A stretch of DNA of 64,000 nucleotides, taken from NCBI GenBank assembly GCA_964291495.2, contig OZ219872.1, positions 480,001 to 544,000 on the forward strand, read 5' to 3'. Below the pieces are notes generated by a model. The model saw only the letters and a list, made by a program, of their open reading frames with translations, searched no databases and was not told the origin of the DNA. Positions 48,291 to 56,406 of this stretch are shown in pieces; the stretch's first letter is position 1; each line of letters starts with the position of its first letter. The DNA is from Dehalococcoidia bacterium. GTDB taxonomy: Bacteria > Chloroflexota > Dehalococcoidia > UBA2979. Position numbers and translations under genes: made by a program.

Positions 48291-49642
48291 AGTCCCTCCA
48301 GCCTGCGCTCGATCGAGCGCGCGTGGCCGGTCAGCCCCTCGGCGCGGGCGAGCCGCGCGGCGTGCGGCCCGAGCTCGCCGAGGGCGCCCTCCGGCAGCGC
48401 GATCACGGAACTGACCTTGAGGAAGTCGAGCACGGAGAGCGGAGAGGCGTAGCGCGCCGACCCGCCCGTCGGCATGACGTGGCTCGGCCCCGCGACGTAG
48501 TCGCCGAGCACCTCGGGCGAGTGATCGCCGACGAAGACGCCGCCCGCTGCGGTGATCAGCGGCGCGATCGCCTCCGGCTCGCGCGTCAGCAGGCAGAGGT
48601 GCTCCGGCGCGAACTCGTTGGCGAGCGCCACCGCCTCCTCGACGCCGTCCGCGACGACCGCGCCTCCGCCCTCGACGGCCGCGCGCGCGATCGCGCCCCG
48701 CTCGAGGTCCTCGAGCTGCCGCTCGACCTCGGCCTGCACCGCCTCGGCGTGCGCGCGCGAGGTGGTGATCAGCACCGGCCTTGCGAGCGTGTCGTGCTCG
48801 GCCTGCGCCAGCAGGTCGGCGGCGCAGAGGTCGGGCGCGGCCTCCTCGTCGGCGAGCACGAGCGTCTCCGTGGGCCCGTAGATCGCATCGATGCCGACCT
48901 CGCCGAAGAGCTGCTGCTTGGCGAGCGTCACGAAGACGTTGCCCGGGCCGAAGATCTTGTCGACGCGCGGGACCGTCTCCGTGCCCAGCGCCAGCGCCGC
49001 GATCGCCTGCGCGCCCGAGGCGCGGAAGACGCGCCGCACCCCGGCCAACTCGGCCGCCACCAGCTTCAGTGGGTGCACGCTGCCGTCCTCGCGCGCTGCC
49101 GTCAGGCCGATCCGCTCCGGCACGCCCGCGACGAGTCCGGGCAGCGCCGTGTGCAGCACCGAGGAGGGCAGCACCGCCACGCTGCCGGTCATGTAGATGC
49201 CGGCCCGCGCGATCGGCTGCACCGTCATGCCCACGCCGTCCTCGAGGAAGGAGCGCGGGCCGTGCGCGAGCTGGCGCTCGTGGTAGTGGCGCACGCGATC
49301 GGCGGCGAAGCGCAGCGAGTCAAGCAGCTCGCCCGGCGTCTCCGCGAACGCGGCCTCGATCTCCTCGCGCGTCACCTCGAGCGGTGCGTCCGCGGATCCG
49401 TCGAAGCGCTGCGAGAAGGCGCGCACCGCCGCGTCGCCCTCCTCGCGCACGCGGGCGATGATCCGCGCCACTACCTCGGAGGCGCTCAGGTCCGCGCCGA
49501 AGGTCTCGCGGATCGAGGCGCGCACGGGCGGCGGCAGCGCGGGGTCGCCGAGCGGGTCGCGCCGCAGCACGCTCGCACGGGCGGCCTCGGCGCCCTGGAC
49601 GATGCGCAGTGCGGGTCCGGATGCGGGCGTGGTGGCAGCCAT
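48287..49642 (-). CDS. hisD: Histidinol dehydrogenase
   Basis: GAQAIAALALGTE, KIFGPGN.FV..AK, GPTE, DLLAQAEHD, APEHL and GDYVAGPSHVMPT motifs. Confidence 0.95.
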   Translation of the reverse strand: MAATTPASGPALRIVQGAEAARASVLRRDPLGDPALPPPVRASIRETFGADLSASEVVARIIARVREEGDAAVRAFSQRFDGSADAPLEVTREEIEAAFAETPGELLDSLRFAADRVRHYHERQLAHGPRSFLEDGVGMTVQPIARAGIYMTGSVAVLPSSVLHTALPGLVAGVPERIGLTAAREDGSVHPLKLVAAELAGVRRVFRASGAQAIAALALGTETVPRVDKIFGPGNVFVTLAKQQLFGEVGIDAIYGPTETLVLADEEAAPDLCAADLLAQAEHDTLARPVLITTSRAHAEAVQAEVERQLEDLERGAIARAAVEGGGAVVADGVEEAVALANEFAPEHLCLLTREPEAIAPLITAAGGVFVGDHSPEVLGDYVAGPSHVMPTGGSARYASPLSVLDFLKVSSVIALPEGALGELGPHAARLARAEGLTGHARSIERRLEGL

Positions 49643-50397
49643 CAGAGTCTCGGCAGGTACTCGCGGAGGCGCTCGGCGGCCAGCTCGGTCGCCTCCTCGA
49701 GGTAGCGCGCGACCTCCTGCTCGGTGACGTGTGAGAGCGACTCCTGGATCAGCCCGCCCGGGTTCTGCGCGACCTCCTCGACCTCCTCCTCGCTGAAGCC
49801 GCCGCGCCGCAGGTGAATCTGCATCACCCGCGGGAAGCGCTCCCAGTCCGGGCGCTGGTAGGTGATCCCGCGCGTGAAGTCGCGCCACTCCGGCCACAGC
49901 CGCGACTCGATGAACCCGACGGCGATCGCCGCCTCGGTCGCGTCGATGGCGGTGCGGATCTCGGTGAGGGCGGCGTCGTCCTCCAGCTCGCGGCGGTTCA
50001 TCTCGTACTGCAGGGCGCGATCCAGCACGTTCGCGCGCAGGTCGCCGCCGAGGGACGAGCGCTCGCCGAAGAAGCGGCGGTAGACGCTCTGGATGTAGTG
50101 CTCGTCCATCAGCAGGTGCGTCACGTAGCCCGCCACGAACGCCCTCGTGCTCTCGTTGAGGCCGGCGACGTCCCGCAGGTCCGGGTGCTCCTCGAACATG
50201 CGCGCCACCGAGTCCTGCTGCTCGAAGTCGTCGAGCTCGAAGAAGTGCGTGAGGCGGCGGTCGACGCGCAGCAGCACGCGGATGTCCGGCGCCGTCGATC
50301 CCATGTAGTAGGACCCGCGATCGGCGTCGATGTACGGGTGGCCGAGGCGGTCGGCCAGCCCGTAGGCGCTGGCGAGGTGTGATCCCAGTGAGGGCAC
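49642..50397 (-). CDS. Zinc-dependent phospholipase C / P1-fold family protein
   Basis: MPSLGSH, YMGSTAPD, THFF and GYVTHLLMD motifs. Sits between hisG and hisD with TGATG coupling to hisD. Confidence 0.75.
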   Translation of the reverse strand: MPSLGSHLASAYGLADRLGHPYIDADRGSYYMGSTAPDIRVLLRVDRRLTHFFELDDFEQQDSVARMFEEHPDLRDVAGLNESTRAFVAGYVTHLLMDEHYIQSVYRRFFGERSSLGGDLRANVLDRALQYEMNRRELEDDAALTEIRTAIDATEAAIAVGFIESRLWPEWRDFTRGITYQRPDWERFPRVMQIHLRRGGFSEEEVEEVAQNPGGLIQESLSHVTEQEVARYLEEATELAAERLREYLPRL

Positions 50398-50399
50398 GG

Positions 50400-51839
50400 T
50401 CAGACCTCCGCGGCTCCCGCCCGCAGCCGCTCGACCAGGTCGTCGCGCAGCTCGCCGCGCGCGCCGGGCGGACGCACCGTCGAGCCGATCGCGCAGTTCG
50501 TCGACTCCATGATGACGTCGATCATACGGAGCCGGTTGGCGCGCAGGGTGGAGCCCGTCTCCGTCCCCTCGATCAGGATCTCGGCGTCGTCCGGCACGAA
50601 GCCCTCGGACGCCCCGGAGATCGGCAGCACCTGGTAGCGCCCGAGGTGCCGCTCGCGTGCGTAGTGATCGGCCAGGGCGACGTACTCCGAGGCGACGCGA
50701 ATCGGCCGCTCCGGGTCGTCGCGCCGCCACCAGGCGATCGCCTCGGCGATCGTCTCGGCGGGCACGGCCTCGGGCACGACCGCGCCCAGGCGGTAGCGGC
50801 TGCGCCGCAGATCGCACAGCTCGGCCACCGGCGAGAGCGGGAATGCCGCGAGGTGCGCGGCGAGCCAGTCGCGCCCCGTCAGCGCAAGGTCGAAGCAGCC
50901 GAGCGCGACGGCCTGCGGCATGTCCTGCGGGCGGATCACCTTCACCTCGAGGCCCTCGATGCCGGAGCGCGGGTGGCGGTCCGTGGCGCCGTCGCCGTAG
51001 CCCTCGAAGCGCAGGCCGGCGGAGGCGAGCGCCTCGACAGTGTGCGGCTGCGCGTGCCCGTCCGGCAGCGCGAGGCGGAAGACGCCGCGATCGCCGTCCG
51101 AGCGCCGCGAGGCGATGCCGTCGAGGCCGCCGTTGCGGCCGTTGCCGCGGGGCAGCGGGCGCGCCTCGGCGGCGTCCCGGTCGCCGGCCGGCAGCGCGAG
51201 CAGCGGCCCCAGCGCCTCCGCGAGATCGCGGCTCGCGAGGGCGTCGCGGTTGGCGACGAGGGTTGCCGAGCCGCGTTGCACCTCGGCGACGACGGCCAGT
51301 CCCTCCCGGGCGAGAACGGCGTCGGCCCCAGCCTCGTCGAGCGGCACGCCGAGGATGGCGGCGTCGGCGTCCTCCGGCGGCCAGGCCTCGGGCTGGCCCC
51401 AGACCTCGATCACGCGGTAGTCCGGCACGCGAAGGTAGTTGAGCGCGCGCGTCGCCAGGTTCGGGTGCGTCGTCGTCACCCGCACGCCCGGCGTCGCGGC
51501 GAGGCGGTCGAGCGTGACGCCCTCGGGCGCTGCGAGCACCAGCCGCCGGCCGCCGAGGTCGAGCGGCCGCAGCGGCGTCAGCGAGTCGAGCGGGTAGCGC
51601 GCCAGCAGCTCGTCGACCCAGGCGCGGCTGGTGATGCCGAGGTCGTACTGGCCGAGCGCGACCTGGATCGGGATGTCCTCCTCGGCGAAGACGCGCACGA
51701 GCACGCCGGGCCGCCCCTCGACCGGGAAGCGGTACGCGCGCGATCCGCCCTCGTAGCCCTCGACGGCGAAGCCGGCCGCACGCAGGCGCTCGGCGAGCGG
51801 CGCGCGGAGGTCGCCGCGCGGGAGTGCGACGCGGATCAC
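50400..51839 (-). CDS. hisG: ATP phosphoribosyltransferase, two short-form HisG domains in tandem
   Basis: Domain 1: RVALPRG, DIP.QV..G.YDLGI. Domain 2: RLALPDG, RPQDMP.AV..G.FDLALTG.DW, SEY, GASE, ETGSTLRAN.L. GTGA overlap with hisZ. Confidence 0.88.
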   Translation of the reverse strand: MIRVALPRGDLRAPLAERLRAAGFAVEGYEGGSRAYRFPVEGRPGVLVRVFAEEDIPIQVALGQYDLGITSRAWVDELLARYPLDSLTPLRPLDLGGRRLVLAAPEGVTLDRLAATPGVRVTTTHPNLATRALNYLRVPDYRVIEVWGQPEAWPPEDADAAILGVPLDEAGADAVLAREGLAVVAEVQRGSATLVANRDALASRDLAEALGPLLALPAGDRDAAEARPLPRGNGRNGGLDGIASRRSDGDRGVFRLALPDGHAQPHTVEALASAGLRFEGYGDGATDRHPRSGIEGLEVKVIRPQDMPQAVALGCFDLALTGRDWLAAHLAAFPLSPVAELCDLRRSRYRLGAVVPEAVPAETIAEAIAWWRRDDPERPIRVASEYVALADHYARERHLGRYQVLPISGASEGFVPDDAEILIEGTETGSTLRANRLRMIDVIMESTNCAIGSTVRPPGARGELRDDLVERLRAGAAEV

Positions 51840-52864
51840 GACGCTGCCTCCGGCGCGAGCGCGGCAAGGCGCAGCAGGTCGGCGGCGAAGCCCGAGGCGG
51901 GCGCCGGGCGCCCCCCGATCGCCTCCGCCATGCCGTCGTAGCGCCCTCCGACAAGACAGGCCTCGCCGCCCGTGAAGGCGCGGAAGGTGAGGCCGGTGTA
52001 GTACTCGAAGCTGCCCCCGGCCGCGGGCGCGAGATCGCAGGCGACTCCCGCCGCCTCGAGCGTACGCATGGCCGCGCGCAGTTCCGCGATCGGCTGTGCG
52101 GCCTCCGGCAGCGCGGCCTCGACGTTGTCGAGGTAGCCCCCGCCCCCGCCGCGGATCTCCAGCAGCAGGCGCAGGCCGGTCGCCCGTTCCGGGCTCGCCG
52201 CCGCCGGCTCGCCGGCGACGGCCTCCACGGCGTCCGCGCCGCCCTCGATCACGCGGTCGAGCGCCTCGATCTGCCCGGCCGCGTCGAGGCCGGTCGCCGC
52301 CAGCGCGGCGCGCAGCAGGCCGGCGTGGGCGAGCTCGAAGCGCAGATCGCCGAGTCCGAGGGCGCTCAGCAGCTCGCGGGCGAGACCAAGCAGCTCGACG
52401 TCGCCCTCGGGAGCGGCGCGGCCGAACAGCTCGACGCCGCACTGCCACAGCTCGCGATCGCCGTCGCCGGCGTCGAAGCGGTAGACGGGCTGTACGTAGC
52501 TGAGCCGCGCGGCCTCGCCCTCGGAGGCGTCGGCCCGGCTCTCGAACCAGCGCACCGCGGGCAGCGTGCTGTCCGGGCGCAGCACCATCCGCTCGCCGCT
52601 CCACCCGTCCCAGTCGAGGAACGAGTAGACGCGGTCCAGCAGCTGCGGCGAGAGCGCACCGGCGCTGGTGAAGAGGTGCAACGGCTCCACGGTGGGCGTG
52701 CGGATCTCCTGGTACCCCGCCGCCGCCGTCACCTCGAGGAATCGCGCCTCGACGCGGCGGAAGCGCCGCATCTCGTCCGGTCCGATGTCGTGCATGCCGC
52801 GGCTGCGCAGGGCCTCGGTGCGGCTCGCGGCGGGGGTGCTTGTTTCGGTCTCGGATTCGCTCAC
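51836..52864 (-). CDS. hisZ: ATP phosphoribosyltransferase regulatory subunit (HisRS-like)
   Basis: RGMHD, GY.EI.TP.VE, LRPDST, Q.GVELFG, EYYTGL.F and GGRYD motifs. No anticodon-binding domain. Adjacent to hisG. Confidence 0.88.
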   Translation of the reverse strand: MSESETETSTPAASRTEALRSRGMHDIGPDEMRRFRRVEARFLEVTAAAGYQEIRTPTVEPLHLFTSAGALSPQLLDRVYSFLDWDGWSGERMVLRPDSTLPAVRWFESRADASEGEAARLSYVQPVYRFDAGDGDRELWQCGVELFGRAAPEGDVELLGLARELLSALGLGDLRFELAHAGLLRAALAATGLDAAGQIEALDRVIEGGADAVEAVAGEPAAASPERATGLRLLLEIRGGGGGYLDNVEAALPEAAQPIAELRAAMRTLEAAGVACDLAPAAGGSFEYYTGLTFRAFTGGEACLVGGRYDGMAEAIGGRPAPASGFAADLLRLAALAPEAAS

Positions 52865-52940
52865 GCTCGTCTCACTCTCTCGGCCTCGTGTGGGTGGTCT
52901 GGTCTCGTGGGCCGGGACGACGGCGCCGCTCTGTGCGGAC

Positions 52941-52974
52941 ACAGAAACGCCGCGACGGAGTTCCGCCGCGGCGT
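52941..52974 (-). terminator. Attenuator terminator hairpin upstream of hisZ
   Basis: Minus strand reads ACGCCGCGGCGGA-AC-TCCGTCGCGGCGT followed by TTCTGTGT. Confidence 0.7.
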
Positions 52975-52996
52975 GTCACTGGCATCAGCGTTCCGG

Positions 52997-53089
52997 CTAG
53001 CGATGCAAGCGGCTTCGCGGCGGCGACTCCTCGCCCCGATGGCTATGCGCATGCGCGCGCCCGCCGCTGATCTCGTACGTACGCATCAT
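52997..53089 (-). CDS. hisL: His-operon leader peptide MMRTYEISGGRAHAHSHRGEESPPRSRLHR
   Basis: 30-aa ORF with a CAT-GCG-CAT-AGC-CAT His cluster, directly before a terminator and hisZ. Too short for the ORF track. Confidence 0.75.
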   Translation of the reverse strand: MMRTYEISGGRAHAHSHRGEESPPRSRLHR

Positions 53090-53093
53090 GCCG

Positions 53094-53122
53094 ATCGTAG
53101 GAGCACCGCTCTGCGAGGGCAA
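53094..53122 (-). promoter_or_regulatory. Sigma70-type promoter for the his leader
   Basis: TTGCCC-17 nt-TACGAT. The second ATG of the leader lies 7 nt downstream, consistent with leaderless initiation. Confidence 0.6.
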
Positions 53123-53134
53123 GCGCGTCGCCCC

Positions 53135-53947
53135 TCACAGCGTGGTCACATCGCCCGCGGCGAAGCTGCGCTCCGATCCGTCGTCGAGGCGCAGCGTCAG
53201 CTCGCCGGTCTCCGTGACGCCGACGGCGACGCCCTCGACGACGCCCCCACCTGCCTCCGGACCGGCGGGTGCGAGCTGTATCCGCCGCCCGATTGTCTCG
53301 AGGCGCGCGCGCCAATCGGCGAGGAAGGCTGCAGGGTCGCGCTCGATCTGCTCCACGCGCCGTTCGAGCGCCCTGGACAGCTCGGCGAGCAGCGTCTCGG
53401 CGTCTGGCGGCGTCGCGCCCGCGCCCTCGATGCTCGTCGCGCGCGCGCGGTCGTCCGGGGGCAGTCCCGCGGTCGCGGCCTCTCGCAGGTTCAGGCCGAT
53501 GCCGAGGAAGACCTCGATGCCGCCCCGCGCGGTTCGCGCGTCGGCCAGTACGCCGGCCAGCTTGCGGCCGCCGGCAAGCACGTCGTTCGGCCACTTGAGC
53601 GTGACGCCGAGGCCGCAGGAGGACTCGACCGCCTCCGCGGTGGCGAGGCCGCCGGCGGCGCTGAGCAGCGGGGTGTGCGAGCCGGCGGCGGGGCAGAGGT
53701 GGAAGGTGACGAGCAGCGCCGCGCCCGGCGCGGCGACCCAGCGGCGCCCGAAGCGCCCTCGGCCGGCGGTCTGCTCGCCGGCGAGATGGGCGTCGCCGCA
53801 GCCGGCGGCCCCGCGCCGGTCCGCGCCCGCGCGCGCGTCGTCCATCGTCGAGGTGGTCTGCGCGACGGCATGCACCAGCGCGCCGATGCGCCCGCCGCCG
53901 CGCAGCGAGGCGTAGCGCTCGTGATCGAAGGCTGCGTCGGACGCCAT
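53135..53947 (-). CDS. birA: Biotin-protein ligase (no N-terminal HTH)
   Basis: TTSTMD, QTAGRGR.GR.W, LKWPND, RKLAGVL and GIGLN motifs. Confidence 0.93.
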   Translation of the reverse strand: MASDAAFDHERYASLRGGGRIGALVHAVAQTTSTMDDARAGADRRGAAGCGDAHLAGEQTAGRGRFGRRWVAAPGAALLVTFHLCPAAGSHTPLLSAAGGLATAEAVESSCGLGVTLKWPNDVLAGGRKLAGVLADARTARGGIEVFLGIGLNLREAATAGLPPDDRARATSIEGAGATPPDAETLLAELSRALERRVEQIERDPAAFLADWRARLETIGRRIQLAPAGPEAGGGVVEGVAVGVTETGELTLRLDDGSERSFAAGDVTTL

Positions 53948-53967
53948 CGGCGAGCCTCCCGGACGCA

Positions 53968-53996
53968 GAACACCCCGGCCGCTGGCCGGGGTGTTC
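53968..53996 (-). terminator. 13-bp perfect hairpin (terminator-like)
   Basis: GAACACCCCGGCC-GCT-GGCCGGGGTGTTC. U-tract is weak. Confidence 0.65.
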
Positions 53997-54019
53997 CGTT
54001 CAGTCTCACGGGCAGAGGA

Positions 54020-54091
54020 TCAGCCCGCGGACACCTCCGTGGAGATGTCCCACCGGTGGTCCTCGGCCTCGTGACTACGATCATCATCCAT
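54020..54091 (-). CDS. Putative 23-aa peptide MDDDRSHEAEDHRWDISTEVSAG
   Basis: Extended SD AAGGAGGTGA 7 nt before the ATG. Upstream TTGACG-18-TATCGT. Downstream hairpin. Confidence 0.45.
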   Translation of the reverse strand: MDDDRSHEAEDHRWDISTEVSAG

Positions 54092-54119
54092 GTGGGCATC
54101 ACCTCCTTCCTCGAAACCG

Positions 54120-54149
54120 ACGATAGGCCCGCCGCCGCGCAAGCGTCAA
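54120..54149 (-). promoter_or_regulatory. Sigma70-type promoter for the small unit upstream of birA
   Basis: TTGACG-N18-TATCGT on the minus strand. Confidence 0.5.
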
Positions 54150-55594
54150 TCGGCAGGCGGCGCGGTCGTCTCCGCCTCCTCGGACGGCTCGGGCTCCGCT
54201 TCGCCGAGGGTGTAGCCGCGGAAGGAGAGGAAGCCGATGAAGACCAGCACGGCGGCGACGGGGCCAACGAGGCGCACGCCGAGCGGGTCGCTCGCGCTGT
54301 CGCCGGCGAGCAACACGATCGCGAGCAGCAGCGGCGCGAAGGCCGAGGCGCTCTTCTCCAGCAGGTTCTGCGAGCCGTAGAACATCCCCTCGCGCCGCGT
54401 CGAGGTGCGCCGCGCGTCGTGGTCGACGATGTCGGCGATCAGGATGTTGGGCAGCATCAGGATGCCGGCGAGCGGCATCCCGGTGATGAGGATCACGACC
54501 GCCGCCTGCGCCACCCTCGAGATCCCCGGCATGAAGCCGGCGAAGAAGAGCAGGATCAGGCCGCCCATGCTCCACAGCATCGCCGTGCGGAAGGCGTACG
54601 CGTTGCCCCTGCGCCTTGCGAGCGGCGTGAAGATCGCGATCCCGATCAGCACGCCGAGGATCACGATGACCGTGAGCGCGAAGGTGAAGATGCCCTCGTC
54701 CTCGGAGCCGCTGAAGCCGAATGCCTCGCTCGTCGAGAGCGCCGCCGAGACGTAGAAGGGGAAGAGCGCCGTCAGCATCAGCTGGGCGATGCGGAAGAAG
54801 ATGAAGCTCGGCAGGAAGGCGACGAACTGCTTGTTGGAGAACGTCTCGCGGACCGAGCGCTTGAACCCCGGCGTCGAGGGCGTGTCGTCGCTCTTCGCGT
54901 ATCTCCAGCACCCGAACAACGCCGTGTAGCGGGTCGCCAGGGCGACCGCGGCCATGATCGCCGCCATCGTCGTGAACCCCACGAAGTCCACCAGCAGTGA
55001 GCTGATCGAGAGCCCAATGAAGGCCCCGAAGACGCCGAAGGCCAGCTGGTAGGCCGCCACCGTCACGCGGTGCTGGTGCGACCTCGCGATGTGCGGGAGC
55101 AGCGCCTCCAGCGGCGCCCCCGAGATGTTGCTGGACAGCCAGAAGATCTCGAGGATGACGACCAGCCAGAGCAGGTTCGCGAAGCTCTCGCCGGCCACCG
55201 GCGGGGCGAACAGCAGCGCGAACAGCAGCGCCCACCACGGCGTCCCGAGCAGGATCCAGGGGATGCGCCGCCCCCAGCGCGACCTCGTGCGATCGGTCAG
55301 GTAGCCGACGACCGGGTCGTCGACAGACTCCACGATGCGGGCGACGGTCAGGAGCAGGCCGAGCACGACACGCGGCGCGAGCTCGTCGGGGAACGAGAAG
55401 CCGCCGAGGTCGAGCCCCGGCAGGCCGACCGCGGGGATGCGGGTGTCGAGGTCATCCCGGTCGGACGGCGGCGCGTAGAAGAAGATCAGCCACAGCGAGA
55501 AGGCCTGCGAGATGACGTTGCCGGAGACGGACCCGCTGGCGTAGAAGACCCTGGTGCGCAGCGGCCGCTGTTCGTCTGTCACGCCGCCCCCCAT
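54146..55594 (-). CDS. MFS transporter, glycoside-pentoside-hexuronide (MelB-like) family
   Basis: DPVVGYLTDRTRSRWGRR.PW and ADIVD......RREG.FYG motifs. Multiple TM segments. Start is 55594 or 55582. Confidence 0.9.
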   Translation of the reverse strand: MGGGVTDEQRPLRTRVFYASGSVSGNVISQAFSLWLIFFYAPPSDRDDLDTRIPAVGLPGLDLGGFSFPDELAPRVVLGLLLTVARIVESVDDPVVGYLTDRTRSRWGRRIPWILLGTPWWALLFALLFAPPVAGESFANLLWLVVILEIFWLSSNISGAPLEALLPHIARSHQHRVTVAAYQLAFGVFGAFIGLSISSLLVDFVGFTTMAAIMAAVALATRYTALFGCWRYAKSDDTPSTPGFKRSVRETFSNKQFVAFLPSFIFFRIAQLMLTALFPFYVSAALSTSEAFGFSGSEDEGIFTFALTVIVILGVLIGIAIFTPLARRRGNAYAFRTAMLWSMGGLILLFFAGFMPGISRVAQAAVVILITGMPLAGILMLPNILIADIVDHDARRTSTRREGMFYGSQNLLEKSASAFAPLLLAIVLLAGDSASDPLGVRLVGPVAAVLVFIGFLSFRGYTLGEAEPEPSEEAETTAPPAD

Positions 55595-55633
55595 CCGGCT
55601 CGCGCCGGTTGCCGGCATGCTACGCGATCGCGA

Positions 55634-56395
55634 TCACTCCTCGCCGTAGACGCCCCGCAGCTCGGGAGGCAGCAGCGCGGCGACGGCGCCCATCACCGCC
55701 CGCGCGCCCTCCTCGTCGCTCATTCGCTCCAGCGTGAACGGCTCGCCGAACGTCGCGACCATCGCGCCGCTCTCGTCATCGCGCACGGCGACGGGGACCA
55801 GCGGCGTTGTGCCCGAGGACAGCCAGGAGAGCGCCGCGCCGGAACCCGGCCAGGCTGAAGCCAGCTCCGGCCCGGAGCCGCTCGCCGCCTCGGGCGTGAT
55901 GCCGAGGACGGCGCCTGCGCGCAGGATCTCGCGCGCCTCGCGCAGCAGCGACGAGCGGGAGCGCACCTCGTCGTCCGGCTTGGCCACCAGCAGCAGCCCG
56001 TAGGCGCTGCCGATCTTGGCGAGCAGCCAGGCCATCAGCCGGTCCGGCATCGGCACGCCGAAGTAGCGGAAGCGCTCGAAGCGGTCGGTGATCAGCCAGT
56101 GCACGGGCGGCTCGCCCCCGCGATGGCTCTCGAGCGCCGCGCCGGCCAGCGCCGCGCACCACCAGACGCGCAGGCCCGGCCGCTCGTAGTGGTTCATCAC
56201 CACGATGCAGGCGCCCTCGCGCGGCACGTGCTCGATGCCCTCGACGCGCGGGCGCGGCTGCGCGCCCCGCAGCATCGCGCGCGAGTCGGGCCCCAGCCTT
56301 CGCGGCCGCCGCAGCACGGCGACCTCGAACAGCCAGCGCACGATGTAAACGAGGCTGAAGTCGTACGACTGCGCGGTGGACGGATCGCGGTCCAT
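55634..56395 (-). CDS. PlsC-like acyltransferase-fold protein
   Basis: VEGIEHVP.EG..IVVMNH, LGITPE and PLVPVAV motifs. The HxxxxD motif is altered (HYERPG). Confidence 0.72.
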   Translation of the reverse strand: MDRDPSTAQSYDFSLVYIVRWLFEVAVLRRPRRLGPDSRAMLRGAQPRPRVEGIEHVPREGACIVVMNHYERPGLRVWWCAALAGAALESHRGGEPPVHWLITDRFERFRYFGVPMPDRLMAWLLAKIGSAYGLLLVAKPDDEVRSRSSLLREAREILRAGAVLGITPEAASGSGPELASAWPGSGAALSWLSSGTTPLVPVAVRDDESGAMVATFGEPFTLERMSDEEGARAVMGAVAALLPPELRGVYGEE

Positions 56396-56406
56396 CGGCT
56401 TGGCCC

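Noticed and set aside
51836-52864. Histidyl-tRNA synthetase
   Set aside because: Too short, lacks the anticodon-binding domain and overlaps hisG, so it is HisZ.
54097-54112. ATCACCTCCTT resembling the 16S rRNA 3' end
   Set aside because: No flanking rRNA sequence. It is the complement of a strong SD on the minus strand.
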